A DNA stretch of 40,221 nt, from positions 1 to 40,221 of the forward strand of contig JBGAJQ010000048.1 in NCBI GenBank assembly GCA_044224875.1, given 5' to 3'. Below the pieces are notes generated by a model. It was given only the letters and a program-made list of their open reading frames with translations, made no database searches and had not been told where the DNA came from. Shown piece after piece: positions 9,035-18,354 of this stretch (the stretch's first letter is position 1; every line of letters starts with the position of its first letter). The position numbers and the translations under genes are program-made. The stretch comes from Gemmatimonadaceae bacterium. Lineage in GTDB: Bacteria > Gemmatimonadota > Gemmatimonadetes > Gemmatimonadales > Gemmatimonadaceae.

Positions 9035-10692
9035 CAGTCGCGCGCTCCCTTTGGCGGGGGACGCGTCTGCTTCTGCTTCTTCCCTTGCACGCCGCGCTCG
9101 TCTCGCGCTGCGCTGTTCAGGAGTTGCTCCGCCTGCTGCTGGCCGATCCCCCCACTGGGCTTCTCGTTCTGCTGTTGATCCTGCGGCTGCGCGTTGCTTT
9201 GGTTCGAGCCGCCGCCACCACCACCACCGCCGCCGGCTTTCTCCTTCCTCAAAGCGAGCTCGTAATTCCACTTCGCATCCAGGTCGCCTGGGCGCATCAG
9301 CAGCGCGCGCTTGTACCCGTCCACCGCACCCTCGAGTTCCTGCTTGGTGGAGTCCGCACCATCGGCTCCCGCCAATCCGCGCTTGAGGTGGGCGAGCCCG
9401 AAGTTGAACAGCGCTCGAAAGCGAAGTTCCGTGGGCTCCGGACGCACCGCGCGTTCGAGAGGTTCGATGGCCGCTGCGGACGAATCGTTCGCGACCAAAG
9501 CCGTTCCCAGATTGTAAAGTGCCTGGGCACTCCCGGCATCTCGCCTGACGGCCGCGCGGTACTGGGCCACGGCCGCCGCATAGTTGCCACTGCGAAATGC
9601 GCGCGCGCCTTGCGCCGACGGGTCGTTCCGCCAGACGCAACCCTGCACGGTGAACAGAAGGATCGACGCCACGGCCAAGCGTCGCCGCGTGGCACGATCC
9701 GCCAACCACGTATCCAGTAGTAGCAGCAACAGCGCGGGCAACAGGAAGAGCTGGAAGCGGCGGGTGTATTCGCGCCCGCTTTGCACCGTGCGCCCCGAAG
9801 CGCGCAGCGTGCGCAATGCCTGACGAATTCGCGACGCTTTGTCGGACTCGCCTGCGTCGATGAACGTGCCGTGCGATTCGTCGGCCGCGGCCCGCAGCGT
9901 CAGTGGCGTGTACTTCGTGATCACGACCTGTCCTTCTTCATCCCTTTTGGGAACGATCCGATCGCCGTCGCGCAACGGAATGGTGCTGCCCTGCACCGTC
10001 CCAAACCCGACGGCGATGATCGGTATACCGGCCTCCCCCGCCTTCCGCGCCGCTTCGGCGATGTCCGCCTCAGGCTCGAACGCTTCCCCGTCGCTCATGA
10101 GTACAATGGCGCGATCGCCAGCACCCTGGGTGGACTGGAGGAGTTCGACGGCCTGCGCGATAGTGCGTGCGACGGAGCTCCCTGCCTGCCCGACAATGGA
10201 CGGGTCGAGGTTGTCAAGGAACAAGTCGAGCGCGCCATCGTCCACGGTGAGTGGGGTGAGGATGTAGCTACGTCCGGCGAAGGCCAACAGCGCAACGCGG
10301 TCGCCCCCGGACATCGCACGGAGCCGACGCACCTCTTGTTTCATACGCTCCAACCGGCTGGGACGCTCGTCGGTGGCGGTCATGGACAGGGAGGCATCGA
10401 GCGCGAGCACGAGGTCCACGCCCTCACCACGGACAAGCGTACGTTCTTCGCCCCAGCGCGGTCCGGCGAGTGCGACCAGGGCCAGCAGCGCGGCGATGGC
10501 GAGGCGCCAGGCCTGTGGACCAGGACGTCGCCAAGCCTGCTCTGGGACCAACTGGGTCAACAGCGCCGGTGCGGCAAACTTCGTTAGGCGGCCGCGGCGG
10601 CGACGCCACCCGACGATCACCAACCCGCCCAGGGCCAGCGCCAACACGACGGCGGCAGGGAGGAACCACGGCCAGTCGACCCGTGGCGTCAC
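9031..10692 (-). CDS. BatB-BatC-like fusion (VWA domain + TPR)
   Basis: TM, MIDAS DASLS, DRVALLAFAG, TPLT, MSDGE, then TM, TPRs, DAKWNYELAL and a Gly/Gln-rich tail ending DW. Confidence 0.85.
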   Translation of the reverse strand: MTPRVDWPWFLPAAVVLALALGGLVIVGWRRRRGRLTKFAAPALLTQLVPEQAWRRPGPQAWRLAIAALLALVALAGPRWGEERTLVRGEGVDLVLALDASLSMTATDERPSRLERMKQEVRRLRAMSGGDRVALLAFAGRSYILTPLTVDDGALDLFLDNLDPSIVGQAGSSVARTIAQAVELLQSTQGAGDRAIVLMSDGEAFEPEADIAEAARKAGEAGIPIIAVGFGTVQGSTIPLRDGDRIVPKRDEEGQVVITKYTPLTLRAAADESHGTFIDAGESDKASRIRQALRTLRASGRTVQSGREYTRRFQLFLLPALLLLLLDTWLADRATRRRLAVASILLFTVQGCVWRNDPSAQGARAFRSGNYAAAVAQYRAAVRRDAGSAQALYNLGTALVANDSSAAAIEPLERAVRPEPTELRFRALFNFGLAHLKRGLAGADGADSTKQELEGAVDGYKRALLMRPGDLDAKWNYELALRKEKAGGGGGGGGGSNQSNAQPQDQQQNEKPSGGIGQQQAEQLLNSAARDERGVQGKKQKQTRPPPKGARDW

Positions 10693-11597
10693 GCGGCCTC
10701 CCGTTCTGTTGGAGCTCGCAGGGCGGTGTCGATCCCATGGACCAGGGCTCGCGCGTCCTTGCCGAACGCCACCGCTCGCTCGGCGGTTATCGGTTTTCTG
10801 GCGAATTTCACCAAGTCGGCTTCAATCAGGAGCGCAACCATCGTGTTTGCCGGCACGGCCGACTGGTCGCGAATGGACACCATCAGTTCCGACGTCGTGA
10901 GCGCTACCTGCGCCGCGGGCACCACGCGAGCCAGGTAATCGCGCAGGACTTCGATGACCAGCGCCGCGTGCCTGGCGCGTTCGCCGGCCGCGACGAGTCC
11001 AAGCTTGTCCACGCGGTCGAAGGCTTCATCGGCAAGGACCAGGGGGTCCACGGGCACGGGGAGGGTAACCCGGCGTCGGCGGCGCCACCAGGCCCATAGC
11101 AGCAGGAACAGCAGCAAGGCCGCTGCCGCCAGCACCAACCACCACCACCAGGGAGGCGCCACATTCATCACGTCGCGCGGCGGCTTGGGAATACGTAACG
11201 CCGAGTCGGCGGGAAGCACCGACCGGACGAACACGGACAGTCGGCCGACGGCCAACCGATGCTCCCCATCGGCGTCGCGGACCACAACGTCGGGGACCGT
11301 GACCGTCAGGCTTCCAACGTCCCACGCGGCCAGGCGATACGTCGCCAGTTGCTCGACAGCTGTTGTATCAGCTGACGGGACTACGACCACGGGGTCGCGG
11401 GCCTCGACCGCCCGGCCCGAATCCAGGCGCGCCGGAAACTCGATCGACGCACCGGCCGCGGCACGCACCCGGACCGCGAGGCGAAAGGGCTCGCCCACGG
11501 TCACCGTATCAGGCCGCACGTCCACTCCGATCTGTGGTCGCTGGGCCTGTGCCCCCAGCGGCGCCAGCAACAACAGCAGCACGACCGGCCGTCTCAT
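10689..11597 (-). CDS. Bat-operon exported membrane-anchored protein (Ig-like N-terminus, TM, DUF4381-like tail)
   Basis: Signal peptide, DTVTVGEPF, Trp-rich TM followed by RRRRR, LRDYL and ADLVKFA; usual position after DUF58. Confidence 0.7.
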   Translation of the reverse strand: MRRPVVLLLLLAPLGAQAQRPQIGVDVRPDTVTVGEPFRLAVRVRAAAGASIEFPARLDSGRAVEARDPVVVVPSADTTAVEQLATYRLAAWDVGSLTVTVPDVVVRDADGEHRLAVGRLSVFVRSVLPADSALRIPKPPRDVMNVAPPWWWWLVLAAAALLLFLLLWAWWRRRRRVTLPVPVDPLVLADEAFDRVDKLGLVAAGERARHAALVIEVLRDYLARVVPAAQVALTTSELMVSIRDQSAVPANTMVALLIEADLVKFARKPITAERAVAFGKDARALVHGIDTALRAPTEREAA

Positions 11598-12535
11598 CGG
11601 TGGCGACGCCGACGCTCGCGCGAGCGAAAGAACCGCAGGAGGGGTTCGAGGTAGCCCGTGGCGGTCGTCATGGGCACCTCGTCGATGGACAGCCGGCGAA
11701 ACAGGGCGCGGCGTTCCTGACGTTCCTTGTTCACCGTGTCCGCGTAGCGGCTGCGCACCTTGGGATCGCTGGTGTCCACATCGAACGTCTCTCCGGACTC
11801 CGGATCCACAAAACGCGCCAATCCAATATTGGGCAGGGCCTGCTCGCTCGGATCCTCGAGGGACGCGACGATCACATCGTGACGTTGCGAGAGCAGCTTC
11901 AACGAGCGCTCGAAGTCTCCGGCGAATCCATCGGAGATCAAGAAGACGATCGCGTGGTGGTGCAGCATGCGTCGCAGGTAGTCGAGCGCCTCGGGAATGT
12001 CGGTCCCACGACCCACGGGTTCGTGGACCAGGACGTCACGCACGATGCGCATCGCGTGGCGACGCCCCTTGCCGGGCGGAACCACATGCTCCACACGATC
12101 CGTAAACAGCATCACGCCCACGCGATCGTTGTTTCGCACCGCCGACATCGTCAGCACCGCCGCCAGCTCGCTCGCCATCTCCGACTTGAATCGCTGGGTG
12201 GTGCCAAACCGCGTGGACCCCGACAGGTCCACCGCCAGCATGACCGTGAGTTCGCGTTCCTCGATGTAGCGCTTCACGAAGGGACGACGCATCCGGGCCG
12301 TCACGTTCCAGTCGATCGACCGCACTTCGTCGCCCGGCTGGTACTCGCGGACCTCGGCGAACTCCATCCCCTGCCCCTTGAAGATCGACCGGTACTCGCC
12401 CGCGAACAGGGAGTTCACCAACCGACGCGTCCTGAGGTCGATCAGTCGCACCTGACGAAGCACTTCCGGCGAGACGGTGACGGTTCGTCGCTGTCGGGCC
12501 TCCAGGCCGGCATCGTGCGAAACGGCGTTCGCCAC
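11594..12535 (-). CDS. DUF58 domain protein (MoxR-associated, VWA-like)
   Basis: GQGMEFAEVREYQPGDEVRSIDWNVTAR, DLSGS and ISDG. Confidence 0.92.
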   Translation of the reverse strand: MANAVSHDAGLEARQRRTVTVSPEVLRQVRLIDLRTRRLVNSLFAGEYRSIFKGQGMEFAEVREYQPGDEVRSIDWNVTARMRRPFVKRYIEERELTVMLAVDLSGSTRFGTTQRFKSEMASELAAVLTMSAVRNNDRVGVMLFTDRVEHVVPPGKGRRHAMRIVRDVLVHEPVGRGTDIPEALDYLRRMLHHHAIVFLISDGFAGDFERSLKLLSQRHDVIVASLEDPSEQALPNIGLARFVDPESGETFDVDTSDPKVRSRYADTVNKERQERRALFRRLSIDEVPMTTATGYLEPLLRFFRSRERRRRHR

Positions 12536-12537
12536 GC

Positions 12538-13512
12538 TTACGGCGCCTCTACCGTCGAGAGGATCCGCGTGACGATGTCGTCACTGCTCACATTCTCGGC
12601 CTCCGCTTCGTACGTGGTCAACACACGATGCCGCAGTACGTCCGGGGCGATCGCTTTGACGTCGTCCGGCGTGACATACGTGCGACCACGCAGGAATGCG
12701 TGCGCGCGCGAGGCCTGGGCCAACGCGATGGTGGCGCGTGGCGATGCACCAAACTCGATCAACGGCACGAGGTCCTTGAGTCGCGCCTCGGCGGGACGCC
12801 TCGTGGCGTGGACGATCTCCACGATGTAGTCCACGATTCGTTCGTCCATGTACAGATCTGCAATGCGACGTCGCGCGTCCAGAATGGCATGGGGATCCGC
12901 CACTTGCTCAATCGAGATCGGGATCCCCGAGGCCATGCGGCGCATGATCTCCTTTTCCTCGTCACGCGACGGGTATCCGACGCGCAGCTTCAACATGAAG
13001 CGGTCGACCTGCGCCTCGGGCAGTGGGTACGTACCCTCCTGCTCGATCGGATTCTGTGTCGCGAGCACCAGGAAGGGCTCTTCGAGCTTGAAGGTGTGTC
13101 CGCCTAACGTGACCTGCTTCTCCTGCATGGCCTCGAGTAGCGCGGCCTGGACCTTCGCCGGCGCGCGGTTGATCTCATCCGCCAGTACAATGTTGGCGAA
13201 GATGGGTCCCTGCTTCACGCTGAAGGAACCGGTGGACTGGTCAAAGACCTGGGTGCCGAGCACGTCCGCCGGCAGAAGATCCGGGGTGAACTGGATGCGC
13301 TGAAACGTGGTGCGAATCGTTTCGGCCAGAGTGCGGACGGTCAGGGTCTTGGCCAGGCCTGGCACGCCTTCGAGAAGCACATGACCGCCGCTCAAGAGGC
13401 TGATCAGTAGTCGTTCCACCATGTATTCCTGCCCCACGATGCGCTTCCCAACTTGTCGCAGGACGCTTTGAACAAGCGCCGTGTCCTGCTGCGCCGTCGT
13501 CTGAGTTGCCAC
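12538..13512 (-). CDS. moxR: MoxR family AAA+ ATPase
   Basis: LLEGVPGLAKT, RIQFTPDLLPAD, LADEINRAPAKVQAALLEAMQE and ATQNPIEQEGTYPLPEAQVDRF. Confidence 0.96.
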   Translation of the reverse strand: MATQTTAQQDTALVQSVLRQVGKRIVGQEYMVERLLISLLSGGHVLLEGVPGLAKTLTVRTLAETIRTTFQRIQFTPDLLPADVLGTQVFDQSTGSFSVKQGPIFANIVLADEINRAPAKVQAALLEAMQEKQVTLGGHTFKLEEPFLVLATQNPIEQEGTYPLPEAQVDRFMLKLRVGYPSRDEEKEIMRRMASGIPISIEQVADPHAILDARRRIADLYMDERIVDYIVEIVHATRRPAEARLKDLVPLIEFGASPRATIALAQASRAHAFLRGRTYVTPDDVKAIAPDVLRHRVLTTYEAEAENVSSDDIVTRILSTVEAP

Positions 13513-13559
13513 GCGCCGTTCGCTCCCGTAGTAAGTGAGTACCGTTCCGCCCGATCGTC

Positions 13560-14315
13560 CTACACCGCCTCATCGCGGGGTTTCCGCGACGCTTGCGGGC
13601 CGCCAAGTCGCTGAATGTCCTCGAACTCCCTCGCCGTCAGCGGTCGTGTTTTCCCCGATGGCAGGTTGCCGAGCGTCACCGGCCCGAACCGCGTGCGAAC
13701 CAGTCGTTCAACTTCGAGTGCCAGTGCCTTGCAGATGCGACGCACCTCGCGCTTGCGCCCCTCGGCGATGCCAACTTCGAAGAGATAGCGCCCGTCGCCG
13801 AGTGGAACCGCTCGCGCCCATGTCGGGTTGGCTGTCCCGTCGCCAAGCTCCACCCCGCGGGGGGCGCGCTTGGCCGCAGCGGGGGCGTCACCCCGAACCG
13901 TCGCCTCGTACACGCGTTCAACTTCACCACTCGGATGCGTCAGGCGGTGCGCCGCATCACCGTCGGTTGTAAGCAGGAGCACCCCTTCCGTGAGAAAGTC
14001 GAGGCGGCCCACGTAGGTGAGACCGGGAACATCGTCCACGAGGTCAAACACCGTCGGTCGCCCATCTGGATCGCGACGCGTCGTCATGACTCCCGCGGGC
14101 TTGTTCAGCACGATCCATCGCTGCGCTGTCAGCTGCAACGTAACGGGGTGACCGTCCACGGTCACGCGGTCCTTGTTCAAGTCCACCGGTTGGCCGATGG
14201 TCGCGGGCGCGCCATTGATCGCCACGCGCCCGGCCCGAATGAGCGTCTCCGCCTTGCGACGCGATGCGACACCAGCGCGCGCCAGCGCTCGGTGAATGCG
14301 CATCGGCTCGCTCAT
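13560..14315 (-). CDS. rluB: 23S rRNA pseudouridine synthase (RsuA/RluB family)
   Basis: S4 domain (ARAGVASRRKAE), LNKPAG, VGRLDFLTEG and EGRKREVRR; follows scpB. Start placed at MSEPMRI. Confidence 0.88.
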   Translation of the reverse strand: MSEPMRIHRALARAGVASRRKAETLIRAGRVAINGAPATIGQPVDLNKDRVTVDGHPVTLQLTAQRWIVLNKPAGVMTTRRDPDGRPTVFDLVDDVPGLTYVGRLDFLTEGVLLLTTDGDAAHRLTHPSGEVERVYEATVRGDAPAAAKRAPRGVELGDGTANPTWARAVPLGDGRYLFEVGIAEGRKREVRRICKALALEVERLVRTRFGPVTLGNLPSGKTRPLTAREFEDIQRLGGPQASRKPRDEAV

Positions 14316-14316
14316 G

Positions 14317-14859
14317 CTACAGCGGCTTCGACTCCGGGCGCAGCGCCACCGCGAGTTCGTCGGCTCGCGGCAGTTCTTCCAGGTGGCGGAGGGCGAATTG
14401 CTCGAGGAAGAGCGCGGTGGTGCCGTACAAGAGCGGGCGCCCGATGCCTTCTCCGCGAGCCACCACGTCAATGAGGCCGCGTTCGTGAAGGGACTTGATG
14501 ATCGCGCCGCAGTTCACCCCGCGAATCTCCTCGATTTCGGCGCGTCCCAGTGGCTGACGATATGCGATGATGGCGAGCGCCTCGAGCGCGGCCGCCGACA
14601 ACCGATGAGGACGAACGGCCAGTTGGGCGCGCTCGATCGCCTCCGTGTACTCGGCGCGCGTCAAGATCTGCCAACCCTCACCCAATTCAAGCAGCTCGAC
14701 CCCGTGCCCGTTCACATTGTACTGCTCGCGAATCTCATCGAGGGCGGAGCTGACGGCCGCTTTGGATGCCTCAGGATCCAGCGCGCACAATTCATCGAGC
14801 GGGATGGGGCGGTTGCTGGCGAAGAGGGCCGCCTCAAGCAGCCTGGCTAACGGACTCAC
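14317..14859 (-). CDS. scpB: SMC-Scp complex subunit ScpB
   Basis: LEAALFAS, LSAAALEALAIIAYRQP, EIEEIRGV and GRPLLYGTT. Confidence 0.95.
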   Translation of the reverse strand: MSPLARLLEAALFASNRPIPLDELCALDPEASKAAVSSALDEIREQYNVNGHGVELLELGEGWQILTRAEYTEAIERAQLAVRPHRLSAAALEALAIIAYRQPLGRAEIEEIRGVNCGAIIKSLHERGLIDVVARGEGIGRPLLYGTTALFLEQFALRHLEELPRADELAVALRPESKPL

Positions 14860-15565
14860 GAGTGATCAGGACCGAGGCAAAGGGGGATGGTTGTCTGAGT
14901 TTGAGCTCGCCGCGACGCGCGAGTTCGAGCAGTGCCAGCAGGGTCGAGAGGACCTCCCAAGGCTCAGCGGAAGGACGCAGGACATCCTGCCACCGCGCGC
15001 TTGCACGCAGTGCCAGCACCTGACGCACGACGTCGATCATACCGTCTACGTCCAGCGCCCTCGGCACCACGTTATGGATATCCGGTTCCTGGGCCACCCG
15101 GAGGACTCGGTCCACCGCCGAGAGCAGTTCGGCCAGCGAAAGCGCCAAGGGCGCGGGGGGCGGTTCCGCCGTGGATTGAGGCAGGTAAGTCCGCGCGAAG
15201 CGCGCGCGCCGTTCTTCGGCCATGCGCTCCAGCACGTCAGCGACTTCGCGGATCTGCTGGTATTCGAGCAACCGCCTGACGAGCTCTGCCCGGGGATCCT
15301 CCCAAGCCTCGTCGTCTTGAGAGCGCGGCAGGAGCATCTGCGCCTTGATACGAAGCAGGCGCGCCGCCATCTCGAGGTAGTCGGCGGCCTGGTCGATCTC
15401 GAGCGTGTTGATCCGAAGCAGGAACTGATCCGCGATACGCGCGATGGGAATGTCGTAGATGTCGACCTTCTCATCGCGAATCAAGGACAACAGCAGGTCG
15501 AGCGGGCCCGAGAATTGGGTCAGCTCCACCACGAAGGGCGCCGCGGGTTCCTGCAGTGTCGCCAT
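14834..15565 (-). CDS. scpA: Segregation and condensation protein A (kleisin)
   Basis: FSGPLDLLLSLI, DIYDIPIARI, MAARLLRIKAQMLLP and LLALLEL. Confidence 0.95.
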   Translation of the reverse strand: MATLQEPAAPFVVELTQFSGPLDLLLSLIRDEKVDIYDIPIARIADQFLLRINTLEIDQAADYLEMAARLLRIKAQMLLPRSQDDEAWEDPRAELVRRLLEYQQIREVADVLERMAEERRARFARTYLPQSTAEPPPAPLALSLAELLSAVDRVLRVAQEPDIHNVVPRALDVDGMIDVVRQVLALRASARWQDVLRPSAEPWEVLSTLLALLELARRGELKLRQPSPFASVLITRESVSQAA

Positions 15566-16266
15566 CAGAGTCCAAGGCTGAAGTTGGAGCGCAACATGAA
15601 TGGAACGACAAACGCCTGCGCCAGATCAAACAGGATGATGACTGGCCGCATCCACCACTGAAAGAGCTGCTGGCCAACGTTCGTCCAGAGTAACACCATC
15701 ACCAGCAGTATCCCGAATCGCGAGAGCTGTTGGTAGCGAAGCGACCAGGCCGGCGGGAGCAGATACTTCATCACGTGCGAGCCGTCCAGGGGAGGGATTG
15801 GCAGCAGGTTGAACACTGCCAGCACCAGGTTGAACAGCACCCCTCGCAACATCATGTGTTGCAGGATGGACATGGGTTCCAGCAGCGGGGATGCGGTTCG
15901 CCCCAACGCACCGAAGGCCAAAACCAGCAGCACGCACACCAGCGTGAGCACGAGGTTCGTCGCGATACCGGCCAGCGACACGATGATGTCACCGCGTTTG
16001 TAATGCCGGTAATTGCGCGGCATGACGGGCACGGGCTTGGCCCCGCCAAAGATGAAGTTGCCGCCAGATCCGAAGAACGTCAGCAATGGCAGCAGCACGG
16101 TCATGAACGGATCGATGTGCTTGGCCGGATTCCACGTCAGCCGACCGAGTTGATACGCCGTTGGATCGCCTTGCTTGAGCGCGGCATAACCGTGGGCGTA
16201 CTCGTGGGCCACCATCGAGAAAAGCATGACCGGAGCGAACAGCAGAAATTCCCGGATGTTGTCCAA
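15565..16266 (-). CDS. Site-2 protease (peptidase M50, YwhC-like)
   Basis: HEYAH and NLLPIPPLDG motifs; TM segments. Confidence 0.92.
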   Translation of the reverse strand: MDNIREFLLFAPVMLFSMVAHEYAHGYAALKQGDPTAYQLGRLTWNPAKHIDPFMTVLLPLLTFFGSGGNFIFGGAKPVPVMPRNYRHYKRGDIIVSLAGIATNLVLTLVCVLLVLAFGALGRTASPLLEPMSILQHMMLRGVLFNLVLAVFNLLPIPPLDGSHVMKYLLPPAWSLRYQQLSRFGILLVMVLLWTNVGQQLFQWWMRPVIILFDLAQAFVVPFMLRSNFSLGL

Positions 16267-16317
16267 GCGATGGTCTGGCCGGTGGATGGGGCGAGCGATG
16301 CAGGTTGGAACGCGGTC

Positions 16318-16346
16318 AAGCTAGCGACCGCGCAGCCCGGAGTCAA
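16318..16346 (-). promoter_or_regulatory. sigma70 promoter of the S2P-scpAB-rluB cluster
   Basis: TTGACT, 17 nt spacer, TAGCTT; back-to-back with the rpsT promoter. Confidence 0.6.
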
Positions 16347-16368
16347 AAGCGCAAAGCCATGCCGTTGC

Positions 16369-16397
16369 TTGACATCGGCTCCTTCAGCCGGTAACAT
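16369..16397 (+). promoter_or_regulatory. sigma70 promoter of rpsT
   Basis: TTGACA, 17 nt spacer, TAACAT. Confidence 0.8.
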
Positions 16398-16444
16398 TCC
16401 CGGCTCGCAAACAACAAGTTCCTTCTCTCCCTTGGAGTCGTTCA

Positions 16445-16684
16445 GTGCCTCGTATTGCCTCCGCCGAAAAGAACATGCGGAAGTCCCGCGCCGCCACCGT
16501 GCGCAACCGCGCCCAACGGTCGGCGTTGAGAACCGCTTTGAAGAAGGCGAAGGCCTCTGGCGCTAACGCAAAGGACAAGGCAGCCGCCGTACAATTGCTG
16601 GACCGTGCCGCTCGAAAGGGCTTGGTCCACAAGAACACCGCGGCGCGACATAAGAGCAGGATTGCGAAGCCCCTGAAGGGCTAG
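16445..16684 (+). CDS. rpsT: 30S ribosomal protein S20
   Basis: SAEKNMRKS...NRAQRSALRTALKK...LDRAARKGLVHKNTAARHKSR; GGAG RBS upstream. Confidence 0.96.
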   Translation: MPRIASAEKNMRKSRAATVRNRAQRSALRTALKKAKASGANAKDKAAAVQLLDRAARKGLVHKNTAARHKSRIAKPLKG

Positions 16685-16701
16685 GCTTCGCTGCCTCAAT
16701 G

Positions 16702-16742
16702 AAAAAAAACGGGCGATCCGAGAGGATCGCCCGTTTCTGTTT
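16702..16742. terminator. Bidirectional intrinsic terminator
   Basis: AAACGGGCGATCC-GAGA-GGATCGCCCGTTT with an A8 tract on the left and a T-rich tail on the right, between convergent genes. Confidence 0.9.
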
Positions 16743-16764
16743 GGACGTTGACGCCGTCGGCGAC

Positions 16765-17649
16765 TTACAGGGCCGCCAGCTCTCCGCCACAACGTTCGCA
16801 GTACCACTCGGTGGGGTAGTTCATGGTCCCGCACTCTTGGCACTTCAAGGTCTTCACCTGCTCGGTGGGAACGTCCTTGAAGAACGACGCCATGCTATCC
16901 GGTGTCGCCGACGGCGCGCGTACGGCCCCACCCTGCTCTCGCGCCTCCTCGGGTCCGCGACGCACGCCGCCGAGCGTCGGTGGTGGCAGATAATCCTGAT
17001 GCGTCGCGGCGCGCTGGTCTTCCATCGGGACCGGGGCCGAGTACGAGGGAGCCGGATGTGTTTCCTTCGGCTTCACGACGGAATTGAGAAAGGCCAGTTC
17101 ATCGAACGCCGGAGTGCCGACCGGTGCAGCTGGCGGTGGCACGGGTCGCGGCTCCGGCGCCTGTCGCACCTCGGGCGCGGGCGGCTGCACAGGCTCGGGG
17201 CGTGGCGGTGCCGCCGGTGGTGCCATAACCTGCCGCAGGATGTCCTGAACGCGCGCGAGTTCGGCGCCGAGCGATGTCCGTTCGCCCATGATCACCGAGA
17301 TCTGCTCATCACAACTGGCCAGGGCCGAGTGGGCAGCATCCTCGGGGAGCTCGCCAACGGCCGCCCGAAGCTCGGTCTCGGCACGCTCGTCGCGGCGGGC
17401 CGTTTCCTGCTCCATTAACCGAGCGATTCGGCTCGCGAGATCCGCCGCCGTTGACTCAAGCTCGGAGGCGCGCCCGCGTAGCTGCTCCGTGACTCCCTGC
17501 AGCCGAGCCGCATAGTCACTGCGCACGCGCTCGACTACGTGGCTAGGCGCTGCCTCACGGCGCGCGTCCACTTGCGCCAACCAACCCTCGTACCGACGTC
17601 GCTCGTCCAGCAGCGCGGTGAGTGCATCCATCTGAACTGAATTCGTCAT
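16765..17649 (-). CDS. Hypothetical protein: coiled coil, Pro-rich linker, C-terminal zinc ribbon
   Basis: Heptad-rich N-half, FDELAFL, CQECGTMNYPTEWYCERC. Start overlaps the aldolase stop. Confidence 0.8.
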   Translation of the reverse strand: MTNSVQMDALTALLDERRRYEGWLAQVDARREAAPSHVVERVRSDYAARLQGVTEQLRGRASELESTAADLASRIARLMEQETARRDERAETELRAAVGELPEDAAHSALASCDEQISVIMGERTSLGAELARVQDILRQVMAPPAAPPRPEPVQPPAPEVRQAPEPRPVPPPAAPVGTPAFDELAFLNSVVKPKETHPAPSYSAPVPMEDQRAATHQDYLPPPTLGGVRRGPEEAREQGGAVRAPSATPDSMASFFKDVPTEQVKTLKCQECGTMNYPTEWYCERCGGELAAL

Positions 17650-18341
17650 ACCGTGCTCCGTGCGGCACCACTCGGCACCGGACTACCGGGGATAACTGAG
17701 CCTGGCCGCGAGCGCTCGCGCGCAGCAACCAAGACGCGTACGTCCTCTGATGTTAGGGTGTTCACTCGTCCAAGCATACGGGCTGTGAGCAAAATACGCG
17801 CACTGTGTTCCAGACACTCCATGCGCTGATGTGCAACCGTCAACGTCGGACCAACGGTTGTGGCTCCATGGTTCGCCATCAGGAACGCATCGTGATTCGC
17901 AAGGAACGGCTCGAGTCGATTCGCCAACTCCGCCGTTCCCGGTGTGGCGTACGGCACGAGAGGCACCGTTCCGAGCTGTCCGATTATTTCCGGCAAGACA
18001 CACGCGTCGATCGACTCCCCTGCAACCGCGAACCCCGTTGCGGTTGGCGGATGGGCGTGCACCACCGCCATGACATCGGCGCGTCGCTCGTAGATTCGCA
18101 AATGCATCGCAATCTCCGACGATGCGCGACGTGTCCCGCGAACCTGCCGTCCATCGAGTGACAGCTCCACCAGATCTCGCTCGGTGATGTCCACCTTGGA
18201 TATCCCGGATGGTGTCACGAGCAGTCGACCACGCGCGATGCGTACCGACACGTTGCCGTCCGGCCCGGCAATCAGCCCACGCTCATACAAGCGCCGGCAG
18301 ACAGTGACGATCTCCCGTCGAACGGCGAGAGATCCGCTCAT
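17646..18341 (-). CDS. Class II aldolase/adducin family protein (FucA-like)
   Basis: DGNVSVR, TPSG, SSEIAMH, VVHAHP and LMANHG. Confidence 0.92.
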   Translation of the reverse strand: MSGSLAVRREIVTVCRRLYERGLIAGPDGNVSVRIARGRLLVTPSGISKVDITERDLVELSLDGRQVRGTRRASSEIAMHLRIYERRADVMAVVHAHPPTATGFAVAGESIDACVLPEIIGQLGTVPLVPYATPGTAELANRLEPFLANHDAFLMANHGATTVGPTLTVAHQRMECLEHSARILLTARMLGRVNTLTSEDVRVLVAARERSRPGSVIPGSPVPSGAARSTV

Positions 18342-18354
18342 CGGGTTGCTCCTG

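Noticed and set aside
9208..9234. CCA/CCG triplet run
   Set aside because: Encodes the poly-Gly linker typical of BatC-like tails.
9035..9709. N-terminal extension of the 934-aa ORF
   Set aside because: Overlaps the VWA-TPR gene in another frame. The likely start is the GTG at 9034, which is followed by a signal peptide.
11363..12829. 488-aa plus-strand ORF, and similar long antisense ORFs (19680-20810, 36273-37520, 37902-39173)
   Set aside because: Antisense shadows of conserved genes, expected from high-GC codon bias; no recognisable motifs.
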